Source: a virus. From it: DNA of 64,000 nucleotides. Made by a program: the position numbers and the translations under genes. Under the pieces are notes generated by a model, which was given only the letters and a program-made list of their open reading frames with translations, ran no database searches and was not told the origin of the DNA. The DNA is taken from positions 9,300 to 73,299 of IMG/VR virus record IMGVR_UViG_3300017971_000275; one strand, 5' to 3'. Below are positions 55,819-63,699 of this stretch, in pieces (positions within the stretch are counted from its first letter, which is position 1; every line of letters begins with the position of its first letter).

Positions 55819-56355
55819 TTATCTCCTCGGCAGGAAAAACTCGGCGTCAAGATAGACGAGTTCTTCGTCATCCTCATAGTCCTTATCGGCTTCCTCGTAG
55901 GCTTCCTCAACCATCAATCCAGGGTCAGCCAGCGTCACAGATTCCCAATCACTACCATCCCAGAATTCCAGTTCGTCCGGGTTGATGGAATCCTCAACGT
56001 AGTACGCTACCTCTCGCGCGTCACGGGAACCCACTTCATCCTCATGAAGATCTTCTAGGTTTTCGGTGCGTACACGCAGCACCACAGGATTCCACCCATC
56101 TTGCACTGGACGATCGGACTCGTTCTCGGCGATGTTCCCTAGGCGATCCATCCAAAAGGAAATCCCATTGTCGACCGTGAGGAAGATCTTGCGTTGAGAA
56201 TGTCCTTCGTAACCTCCACCAAAATTAGCTACGGAACCAGGAACCAAGCCGGATACGCTGATATTAGGAAGGCGGTTTAGGTAGGTAACGTGGTAGAGGT
56301 ATTCATCTGCCTCTGCCCGTACGTACACTTTACCTTTGTAGCGGATGCGCTGCAT
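55819..56355 (-). CDS. ADP-ribosyltransferase-fold (KptA/Tpt1-like) protein with the shared head motif
   Basis: YLYHVT....L..I...GL.P, IFLT, VVLRV, I.P..L; N-terminal IRYKGKVYVRA. Confidence 0.65.
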   Translation of the reverse strand: MQRIRYKGKVYVRAEADEYLYHVTYLNRLPNISVSGLVPGSVANFGGGYEGHSQRKIFLTVDNGISFWMDRLGNIAENESDRPVQDGWNPVVLRVRTENLEDLHEDEVGSRDAREVAYYVEDSINPDELEFWDGSDWESVTLADPGLMVEEAYEEADKDYEDDEELVYLDAEFFLPRR

Positions 56356-56399
56356 TTTAGTAGGATCTCCTAGCTAGAAGATAACCTACTTGAGCAGGA

Positions 56400-56774
56400 C
56401 TAAGTGGGTGGCTTGAACTTCGGAAGCAACGCGGATGCTTCTTCAAATGTGAGGCCGATCAAATTAATGATTTCCTTCCCAGCTGCTGCACCCAACTTGA
56501 ATTCTTTGCGCATACCATTGCTCATAGTATGCCCAGTGAAGATAAGTCCGTCACAACGTTCCAGCACCGCTTGGTCCACTCTCATCCCAAGCTCTCTGTC
56601 CGACGGGTCTGAGTCGTCCAAAACGCTGCACAAACCAAACCATGGGGCACACACGCTCACGTTTTTACGCAGCAGCCAGGTCCACCATTCTTGGGCGTCT
56701 CCCATGTTCTCTGCGTAGGTATGTGCGTCATCTGGAGCAATAGGGTGCGCCAAATAGTAAAGCGGCTTCGGCAT
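56400..56774 (-). CDS. Nucleoside 2-deoxyribosyltransferase-like (DUF4406-type) protein
   Basis: YYLAHP, APW, L.RCD, S.GM..E...A. Confidence 0.7.
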   Translation of the reverse strand: MPKPLYYLAHPIAPDDAHTYAENMGDAQEWWTWLLRKNVSVCAPWFGLCSVLDDSDPSDRELGMRVDQAVLERCDGLIFTGHTMSNGMRKEFKLGAAAGKEIINLIGLTFEEASALLPKFKPPT

Positions 56775-56853
56775 GACGAAATCCTTTTGATGGATTGAGT
56801 TGTGTCTACGTATTTTACAGTGCCGGAGGGGGAAGGAAAAGAGTAGCTGAAAA

Positions 56854-57204
56854 CTACTCAGTAGGAATGGAAGACGCGCAGGCAGTGGTCATTGCGGAAG
56901 TGAGACCATCCAGGCAGCCTGCCTCATCGGCCATGCAGGCATCGGCTGCAGTGGCGTCACAAGTAGCTGTGTTTTCCACGCACTCGTAAGAGAGCTCGGT
57001 GCCATCTCCTGTGGTGGCCATCATGAGTCCCTGTGATGCGCAGTCACAGAACACGCAAGTAGCGTCCGCGGTGCACACAGACTCCAGGGCTTGGGACTCC
57101 AGGTCGGCTACTGACTCGCACGGAGTTGGATCTTTTGGGTCATCCTTATCGCAGGAAATAGCGAGGATGCAGAAGGCCGCGAGAAAAATTCCTAGGTAAC
57201 GCAT
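56854..57204 (-). CDS. Cys-rich lipoprotein
   Basis: Lipobox LAISC after a hydrophobic signal; multiple Cys. Confidence 0.7.
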   Translation of the reverse strand: MRYLGIFLAAFCILAISCDKDDPKDPTPCESVADLESQALESVCTADATCVFCDCASQGLMMATTGDGTELSYECVENTATCDATAADACMADEAGCLDGLTSAMTTACASSIPTE

Positions 57205-57256
57205 AGCTTTGTACTCCTTTTTGGTTTAATCTACGCTACGGTTAGAAGTAACTTTA

Positions 57257-57330
57257 TGGGCCCGCAGGGATTCGAACCCTGGATCTACCGGTTATGAGCC
57301 GGTGGCCTTCAACCACTAGGCTACGGGCCC
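57257..57330 (-). tRNA. tRNA with CAT anticodon (probably Ile2, otherwise Met)
   Basis: GGGCCCG/CGGGCCC; ACCGG-CTCATAA-CCGGT; CAGGG-TTCGAAT-CCCTG. Confidence 0.9.
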
Positions 57331-57557
57331 TCAATAAATCTGATCCCATGGCGCTCCAAGCAACCTTTGCACACCATTAAATCGCCAGTCGGAAACGGCA
57401 GCGTTTGGTTGGCTAACCAGCTGGCTATGTCACCACCACTCTTCTCCCGCATCATGTTGAGATTCTCGATCACTGGTTCAGGCACCTCCACAAACTCCGT
57501 GTGCTTTTTACAGTTCGGGCAAAGCACGCTCATCTGTACAGGCATCTCACCCTCCAA
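57321..57557 (-). CDS. Small Zn-binding protein
   Basis: CPNC...CKGC. Confidence 0.5.
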   Translation of the reverse strand: MEGEMPVQMSVLCPNCKKHTEFVEVPEPVIENLNMMREKSGGDIASWLANQTLPFPTGDLMVCKGCLERHGIRFIEGP

Positions 57558-57560
57558 GAG

Positions 57561-57600
57561 AAAAGCGGTCCCGGGCTGTCCTGGCTTGCAACCCGGGACC
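57561..57600 (-). terminator. GC-rich hairpin, possible terminator
   Basis: GGTCCCGGG...CCCGGGACC followed by GCTTTT. Confidence 0.5.
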
Positions 57601-57632
57601 TAACACACTATAGCAACATTAGCCAGGAGTTG

Positions 57633-57947
57633 CTAGCCCTTGTTCTTCTCGACGACTTCCTGCCACTTAACAGAAATCCTCTCGAAGTAGTGCTGCTTCA
57701 AAACCTCCAGCATCGCTGGCGTGATAGCAACCCAGGCGTCCGGCAAGACAGAGTCAATCCCGCAAATGGGACATAAGGCCGTGCGGCCTTTATCTACCCA
57801 ATCAGTCACCTGATCTGCTGAGTACACTTCCTCGCAAGCAAAGCAGCCAACGTCCTCGCTCTTGTCTACACCACCCTTGTTGATGAAGGATAAATGATGT
57901 AGCGCCTCAAGGGTAACTGGAAATTTGAATTGCACTTCGTCGGGCAT
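57633..57947 (-). CDS. Conserved small Zn-binding protein
   Basis: GCFAC...W.D...TALCP.CGIDSV motif. Confidence 0.7.
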   Translation of the reverse strand: MPDEVQFKFPVTLEALHHLSFINKGGVDKSEDVGCFACEEVYSADQVTDWVDKGRTALCPICGIDSVLPDAWVAITPAMLEVLKQHYFERISVKWQEVVEKNKG

Positions 57948-58769
57948 CTAGCCTCTCCATCCTGCTGGCGGCTCGCAGCCTTTTTGCTCATCCTTCGGAA
58001 AGGGATTGGCCACGCGCACCTTGCGGTCCAAATCGATGCCGCGAGCCTTCAAGCCGGCACGATCGTCATAATGCACAACGAAGGTCTCAGCGGGCGAGCT
58101 CTTGCGGTCGAAGGTCACTTCTGTGGATGCGCAACGAGCACGTTCTCCAAATTCCGTTCCCAGGTTTTGCACAGGCTGTACCTCCCCAGCTGTTTTTTCC
58201 TCTACCTTCGACTGCGATGGGATTGTGCAGCTTGATGTGGTCACATTATTGATGGTGGCGCAGTCACATGTCACGTCGCTAGTCGTAGAAGTGTAGTACA
58301 CATGACTAGCTGGAGGAGATCCGGTTCCTCTTACATTTACATCATAGCTGCAAGGCACGACAGTTACCCCAGGCCAGGATGTAATCGAGATCGTTGGACC
58401 CTCTTCCTCGAAGATGGCACACCCGATCACACCCACGTCGGCGGGAGTGCCCTTCTTGGACGCGTAAGACTTCCCTTTCTTCCCGAAAATGAATTTTGCG
58501 ACGTCATCATTGTTGAGGCGCCAGCCTGGAATCTTGAGGGTCTCAAAGGGATCTAGCACGTAGCCTGTTCCTTCGATGCTCCCCGGCTTACCATCCATGA
58601 TGGAGAGACCGTCGACGGTGATCACCGCCAAGACGCGACTGCCTGTGCGGTTGCGGACCAGGATCGTGAACTCTGAGCCTTTGCGACCCTCGATGTACAC
58701 GTGGCCCTCGTGGACGTATTTGGTGACGGATTTTCCATGCACCAGTACATCAAAATCATAATTCGGCAT
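57948..58769 (-). CDS. Conserved hypothetical beta-sandwich protein
   Basis: YIEG..G.EF.I.V.N, VDGL, GYV, I.GWR, VA.F.F, VGVIG.A.F.E; AGGAGG RBS before 58769. Confidence 0.7.
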   Translation of the reverse strand: MPNYDFDVLVHGKSVTKYVHEGHVYIEGRKGSEFTILVRNRTGSRVLAVITVDGLSIMDGKPGSIEGTGYVLDPFETLKIPGWRLNNDDVAKFIFGKKGKSYASKKGTPADVGVIGCAIFEEEGPTISITSWPGVTVVPCSYDVNVRGTGSPPASHVYYTSTTSDVTCDCATINNVTTSSCTIPSQSKVEEKTAGEVQPVQNLGTEFGERARCASTEVTFDRKSSPAETFVVHYDDRAGLKARGIDLDRKVRVANPFPKDEQKGCEPPAGWRG

Positions 58770-58854
58770 CTGCTTTCCTCCTGCCAGCTCTCCGCTGGCC
58801 TTCTTGGGGTTACACCTGCGCTCCGCAGGTTTTCGATTCAATGCCTATATGTAT

Positions 58855-59745
58855 TTAACAAGATTGCTCTACAGATTCGCGATTTTCTCCTGCGTATCCG
58901 AAACAATTTATCCCCGCTGCCTTCAAAGCTTGAACAACAATAGCCTTCGGATCACGAGGCATCACGGAGTCTTCAAGCCAAGCGTACGACGGGATTTCCG
59001 AGTAGCCGGCGGCCTCGGCAATCCTCGGGAGAAGCTGTTCCCGAAGAATGTAGTTCGTGATGCGACTGCGTAGCTCGGCAGCATAGTTCAAGAACTGCTC
59101 TTGAAATAACCTCTCGTTTGTCACGCAGTAAGGAAGCATTAAGCCAACCGCAGTAAACGTTTCATCTGGAGACATGTCAGGTTTGACACCTGCCAAGTAG
59201 GATGTACCAAAATAATCATGCGCGTGCGCCATACGCGGCAAGAAAAGCGGATTCTTTAAAGTAATTGGCTTCCCTGCACGTAAGAGCTCCACTATTTTCG
59301 GATCGATGTTTTTTCTCTGCTCCGCCACACGCGGATCGAGCGAAGACGCCCACTTTTGCTGCTCTTCGCTACAGCACAATTCCACCTTCGGTTCGAAGGT
59401 ATTTAAAGGGCTGATGGTTATGTGGCAGTAATCCAGGTCTTCAACGATGAGATCTTCATAGTTGTACGTCGTGACATCTAAAATAGCGTGCGCCACGAAG
59501 CGGCCGAAGACCAGGTATTCAGTCAGGAGTATGTATAGATCAGACCCGATCATTCCAGGGAGAGCCTCCGCGAACCTAGCCGCCTCCCGTTCTCCCTGCG
59601 GATGATGAAAGACAAGACGCTTCCCCTCAAACGCCAGCTCCACCCACATGTCAATAAGAGCACCCGCCGCTGAGTTGTGTGTCACTAGGTCCCGGTAGTA
59701 TTTGTTCACGTCTCTGGTTGTGTAACGCGTCATCGGGTTCCTCAA
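58855..59745 (-). CDS. Portal protein paralogue with internal deletion
   Basis: Collinear similarity with 30968..33286 (EYLVFGRF/DYLTFGKF, DLDY, DPR..QR..IDP, FLPR....D.(F/Y)GTSYL). Confidence 0.8.
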   Translation of the reverse strand: MRNPMTRYTTRDVNKYYRDLVTHNSAAGALIDMWVELAFEGKRLVFHHPQGEREAARFAEALPGMIGSDLYILLTEYLVFGRFVAHAILDVTTYNYEDLIVEDLDYCHITISPLNTFEPKVELCCSEEQQKWASSLDPRVAEQRKNIDPKIVELLRAGKPITLKNPLFLPRMAHAHDYFGTSYLAGVKPDMSPDETFTAVGLMLPYCVTNERLFQEQFLNYAAELRSRITNYILREQLLPRIAEAAGYSEIPSYAWLEDSVMPRDPKAIVVQALKAAGINCFGYAGENRESVEQSC

Positions 59746-60386
59746 CGGTTGTGCTCTTCTCGTATTTTACAGCGCTCGTAGTGTTTTTGGATAGCTTCCG
59801 AGCTGTAGCCCAGTAAAACTCCTTCGAGGATATCTGTGAGGCATTCAGGCATCGTGTTGGTGTACGCATGCTTAAGCAAGTCGACGGCCCACTGATGCTG
59901 GGCGTAACCAAACGTTACCACCTTATCCCCATCCATAGTATGGTGCAGGACGAAGGCACGGATGGTCGCATCCTCAAAGCTACAGGACTCAAGCAGAGCT
60001 CGCCAGACTTCACGCTCCTCTTCCTCAGAAGCGTCTATGCAACCCAGTAAAGCGATGGGGCGAGCTCCCCGACCTACAATGTAGGCTGCTTCAGAAAGCA
60101 GCTTGCGATCCAATAGATGGGTAAGTATTCGTTTGTCTACAGGAAGAAGGTGCGCCTGCAGTTTCTTAGGTAAAAAATCGCGCAGTATTTCCTCTTCCTC
60201 TTCGTTCGCTGGCACGAAACGAAAAGAGGCAACCTTCACCTCAGAGCCATCTGCGCGCTTACCCATCATTGTAGACGTGTCGAAAGACACTATACACGGC
60301 AGCGGGGTTCCTGCAATGTCCAGCAGGTCAAGGCGGCTGGTTGCGAGCTCCTTGGCCTTTCTATTCGACTGGATTGAGAATTTCAT
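59742..60386 (-). CDS. Hypothetical protein
   Basis: 214-aa ORF; G.LLGY motif. Confidence 0.6.
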   Translation of the reverse strand: MKFSIQSNRKAKELATSRLDLLDIAGTPLPCIVSFDTSTMMGKRADGSEVKVASFRFVPANEEEEEILRDFLPKKLQAHLLPVDKRILTHLLDRKLLSEAAYIVGRGARPIALLGCIDASEEEEREVWRALLESCSFEDATIRAFVLHHTMDGDKVVTFGYAQHQWAVDLLKHAYTNTMPECLTDILEGVLLGYSSEAIQKHYERCKIREEHNR

Positions 60387-60389
60387 ATT

Positions 60390-60461
60390 TGCCCCTACCA
60401 GGGATCGAACCTGGATTTACGCCTTAGGAGGGCGCCGCTCTTTCCGTTGAACTATAGGGGC
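60390..60461 (-). tRNA. tRNA-Arg(CCT)
   Basis: GCCCCTA/TAGGGGC; GCGCC-CTCCTAA-GGCGT; CCAGG-TTCGATC-CCTGG. Confidence 0.92.
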
Positions 60462-60719
60462 GCCACAGCATTTACAGCACTGTGATTTCTCTTGCTCTAT
60501 TTTCTTAGCATACCGCGTGCACGTGCTGCAAGGCCAATCGTGCGCCCTTCGGGTTGGCTTTACTTCTTCTGGATAGCAGCGGTCTATCGGCATACAACCA
60601 CAGACACTGATTTTCGCTTTCTCTGTGCGAAAGTAGTGCCGACGTCCGTTGGTGGCTAGCAGCCAGCGACCCTTCATGGCATCAACTATTGATGATCCTG
60701 CGCCCGAGCTCTTCTCCAT
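60417..60719 (-). CDS. Small Cys-rich protein (3' end overlaps the tRNA)
   Basis: HYF...CG...CxxC. Confidence 0.45.
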   Translation of the reverse strand: MEKSSGAGSSIVDAMKGRWLLATNGRRHYFRTEKAKISVCGCMPIDRCYPEEVKPTRRAHDWPCSTCTRYAKKIEQEKSQCCKCCGAPIVQRKERRPPKA

Positions 60720-61293
60720 GCCGAGCGAGGACCGCGTCTTTCCAGGCTTGTGTCTTATACTTATAGCGGATTATTTTCTTGCCCTTCGTGCCTTTTCCCA
60801 CGACGCCTTCAAAACCCGCGTCTTCTATCTCCCCGTCTTGCAGTTGCTGGAGAAACCCAGGAGACCACGTAAAGTAGCCCAGATAGTTCGGTCCATACCT
60901 GCCAAAGAGCTTCAAGAACTCAGTGGGCAGCAGAAAACCTTTCTTGTAGGTATTGACGTCGATTACAGTAAGATGCTTTGGATCACCTTCCACATGCCAG
61001 CCACCCAGGGTCTCAGCTCCCCAGAACTCGCAGAAGACGATGACACTCTGCCATTTTTTGTCGGTGGCAATGCGCCCGATGGGATCTGCTAGCGTTCCCA
61101 TAAAAAGAGGAATGGCTTCCCCGAATAGCTCAGTGCTGGCATCGATGAGCCGCTTGCGCGTACCAAAACGATGCCAACCCCGCTTCTTGCTCCACTCGAA
61201 ACGGAGGTTGGACCCATCCAGCTTGGCAAAGGTATGCAGGCGTTCACCGACACCTTTACGTCCTGGATAAGGAATGCTTGGGTACGTCTTCAT
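60682..61293 (-). CDS. RNA ligase-like covalent nucleotidyltransferase
   Basis: Motif I KLDGSN, EFWG (III), EGVV (IV), KYK (V). Confidence 0.75.
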   Translation of the reverse strand: MKTYPSIPYPGRKGVGERLHTFAKLDGSNLRFEWSKKRGWHRFGTRKRLIDASTELFGEAIPLFMGTLADPIGRIATDKKWQSVIVFCEFWGAETLGGWHVEGDPKHLTVIDVNTYKKGFLLPTEFLKLFGRYGPNYLGYFTWSPGFLQQLQDGEIEDAGFEGVVGKGTKGKKIIRYKYKTQAWKDAVLARHGEELGRRIINS

Positions 61294-61514
61294 GTGGATT
61301 CTTTTTTGACGCCTTTTCCGCGACATCCGTGGCAAGTCATGTACGCCAGGTGACGCTTAGGCTTGCTCACGATTATTTGACCGCGTCCGTCGCAGACAGC
61401 GCATTGATCAGCAAGAGGAGCAGCGTTGGCGTAGGCCGTCTTTTCCGACTCCAACGCGGGGAAGATGCACACGCCGTCGCCTAGAAACTTGGGTATTTTT
61501 CTGATGGTGCCCAT
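61290..61514 (-). CDS. Small DnaJ-type Zn-finger protein
   Basis: CAVCDGRG...CHGCRGKG. Confidence 0.6.
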   Translation of the reverse strand: MGTIRKIPKFLGDGVCIFPALESEKTAYANAAPLADQCAVCDGRGQIIVSKPKRHLAYMTCHGCRGKGVKKEST

Positions 61515-61519
61515 AACAA

Positions 61520-61774
61520 TCAGCTGATGTAATTACAGTTCCAGTTGGTGTAAGCTGCCACGTCGTCCCAGCTCTTAGCACAGGATCCGCATAAGAATCG
61601 TCCGTGTCCTCGACCATTGTAGTACGGGCCAGTCACGAAGTACCAACCCCACTCACGACGGAACTCCTGCTTGCATTTGTCACACCGGCGCCAGAAAAAT
61701 AGCGGGAACGTGCGACTGATGCTGGTCCCCACATAGGGGTCCACGATCGATTCGTTACTTGATCGTCTAGCCAT
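61520..61774 (-). CDS. Small Zn-binding protein
   Basis: PLFFW..C.KC..EF.RE.GW...C..C. Confidence 0.6.
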   Translation of the reverse strand: MARRSSNESIVDPYVGTSISRTFPLFFWRRCDKCKQEFRREWGWYFVTGPYYNGRGHGRFLCGSCAKSWDDVAAYTNWNCNYIS

Positions 61775-61776
61775 GG

Positions 61777-62091
61777 TTACTCCTCCACGACGAATTTTTC
61801 CGCATCCTCAAAGTCAACGGCGCTGCTCACGTCTGCATCTGGCGGGATGGTACGCAGGCCCTTAATCGGACGCGACAAAAACATAAACCCTTTCGCGGCA
61901 GGAACTATTACCATCCAGGCGTCTTTTCCTGTATCATCGTCTTCCACCAGGATCTGAAAAGAATCTGCCTCGGCTTCGGCTTCTTCGGCCATGTCCAAAA
62001 CGTGTGCCTCGTACACAGCGGAAAGCGGTGCTTCTTTGTCTGTCACCCATCGCCTCCAAACATCCACACCCCAAATTGGTTCGGGTTCCAC
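61777..62091 (-). CDS. Hypothetical protein
   Basis: Tiles the operon. Confidence 0.45.
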   Translation of the reverse strand: MEPEPIWGVDVWRRWVTDKEAPLSAVYEAHVLDMAEEAEAEADSFQILVEDDDTGKDAWMVIVPAAKGFMFLSRPIKGLRTIPPDADVSSAVDFEDAEKFVVEE

Positions 62092-62468
62092 AAACCTATC
62101 TCCGTAAGGATAGGCTGTATGGTTTGCTCGACGTCCTCGATCAAGCTGCCGTAGATAAGCGTTGGAACCTGAAATTCCGACCCAGCGCTAGGAAGGAATG
62201 TACGTAAGTAGCAAGTCACGTAGGACCAACCATCACCATGGGGATCGCGCACTACAGCACAATTACCGAGAGCTGGGCAACGGTCTATCTCGTCTGTTGT
62301 TTCGAGATCAACACCAGCGGCCACCAAAGCTTTATCGCTCACTTGGGAGCCGACTAACACCTTCATGTAAACAGCCATCACTATTTTTCCTGTACGTAAA
62401 GACTGATATGGTCGGGGTGCACCTGCCCCTGGAGTGCCCAAACATGGCTGTTCACTTTCTTCGCCCAC
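62043..62468 (-). CDS. Hypothetical protein
   Basis: Tiles the operon; start uncertain. Confidence 0.45.
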   Translation of the reverse strand: MGEESEQPCLGTPGAGAPRPYQSLRTGKIVMAVYMKVLVGSQVSDKALVAAGVDLETTDEIDRCPALGNCAVVRDPHGDGWSYVTCYLRTFLPSAGSEFQVPTLIYGSLIEDVEQTIQPILTEIGLWNPNQFGVWMFGGDG

Positions 62469-62641
62469 GCGTGGGATTGGTCCAAGCGGATCACAGCGCC
62501 CACTTTATGCAAAGGCCAGCGCTTTGGAGGGGTCTTATGGCACATAACTCCGGTACCCAAACCGTGCTTTTGTACTTGGATCGCCTCGCTTTCATCGAGG
62601 ACTACAAAAAGCATGGAAGGTTGTGGTTGATTGTTAGCCAT
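62381..62641 (-). CDS. Hypothetical protein
   Basis: AAGGAG RBS. Confidence 0.5.
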   Translation of the reverse strand: MANNQPQPSMLFVVLDESEAIQVQKHGLGTGVMCHKTPPKRWPLHKVGAVIRLDQSHAWAKKVNSHVWALQGQVHPDHISLYVQEK

Positions 62642-62672
62642 GATCTATTACTCCTTACCACAAAAAGAAAAA

Positions 62673-62956
62673 TGTGCACGGCGTGCTATTACGCCAAAGA
62701 GGGATCAGGCCTTACCGTCTCCGGGGTGCCTTCACACTTAACCGAGAATACTCCTGCCTCGGCGGTCTAGGGGGAGCTACCCCCGAACCTCTTCGTGCGA
62801 GTAGCGAGCTCGCACTTTCGGCTCGACCGGACGATAGCGTTTGGGCTACTTGTAATTCACCGCAGTAACCGTATTCAAGTCCGCTATCCAGAATCCTGGC
62901 AGCAGGTCTTCGCCTCACTCTTAAGATGGCTGCCTTTAAGCCAACTACCGTGCACA
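62673..62956 (-). ncRNA. ~284-nt structured RNA containing a 23S rRNA L11-binding (H43/H44) motif split by a large insertion
   Basis: 9-bp terminal stem UGUGCACGG/CCGUGCACA; 5' GUUGGCUUAAAGGCAGCCAUCUUAAGAGU; 3' GCGUAAUAGCAC; U-rich tail. Confidence 0.7.
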
Positions 62957-62960
62957 AAAA

Positions 62961-63167
62961 TTATTTGCAACGCGAGCAATGCTGGTACTCACGCTTCGTT
63001 TGAAAATCGTAAATGCCTCCGTGCCAATCTGAGTGGTGCTCACCACATTGGCAAAAGCACAGCCTGTCCCAGAACCAGTGGTTGTTGCCGCCTGGGCACT
63101 TCTTGAAAAGGAAAGGAGTATACTGGATCAAAAACCGTTTCCACTTTGGGAGGTAGCTACTGGCCAT
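62961..63167 (-). CDS. Small Cys/His-rich protein
   Basis: AGGAG RBS. Confidence 0.5.
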   Translation of the reverse strand: MASSYLPKWKRFLIQYTPFLFKKCPGGNNHWFWDRLCFCQCGEHHSDWHGGIYDFQTKREYQHCSRCK

Positions 63168-63175
63168 GGATTCTC

Positions 63176-63424
63176 CTAGACGTCGGACATTTTCCTTTGA
63201 TGCTTGTGATCCATTCGGTGTTCCACCACCCAGCTTTCGGGGCGCCGGTCGAACACGTGCGTTACTTCCCAGATCTCCTCAGGGTTTGGACGCTTCTCAC
63301 CGATGTAGATCTTCTTACCCACCTGCGCGAACTTCTCGGGAATCCACGCGGTGTCTACTTTTACAGGTGAGCCGGTAATGGTCTGGAATCGACATTGACG
63401 GTAGAATGGATCTTTTTTGCTCAT
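63176..63424 (-). CDS. Hypothetical protein
   Basis: YRQC...TAWIPEKFA.VG motif; tiles the operon. Confidence 0.6.
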   Translation of the reverse strand: MSKKDPFYRQCRFQTITGSPVKVDTAWIPEKFAQVGKKIYIGEKRPNPEEIWEVTHVFDRRPESWVVEHRMDHKHQRKMSDV

Positions 63425-63426
63425 GG

Positions 63427-63699
63427 CTAAGACTCGGTCAAAAAGATCTTCTTGAACACACGCACAGCGATAGGTCTTTCACTAGGAGGACCGAAGGAGA
63501 AAACCCCACCAGTGACGTTCCCTTCCTCATCGCACTTGACTCGTCTCAAAGCGACCAGACCGTCTCCCAAAAACTTGTTGAACTCCTTGACGAGCTCTTT
63601 TTCGGTGAGCATGTCCGTGCCGCTTAGGTACTTTTCGCGCATGCGCTCCACGAAAGCCTTCTCTTCAGTCTCGCTGCACCGGAACATAACACTCTTCAC
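63427..63699 (-). CDS. Hypothetical protein
   Basis: GTGA overlap with the upstream gene. Confidence 0.55.
   Translation of the reverse strand: MKSVMFRCSETEEKAFVERMREKYLSGTDMLTEKELVKEFNKFLGDGLVALRRVKCDEEGNVTGGVFSFGPPSERPIAVRVFKKIFLTES

Noticed and set aside
62674-62957. ORFs over the 62.7-62.9 kb region, or a true rRNA gene there
   Set aside because: The ORFs lack RBS and protein motifs; similarity to 23S rRNA is limited to the ~55-nt L11-binding motif, so this is not an rRNA gene
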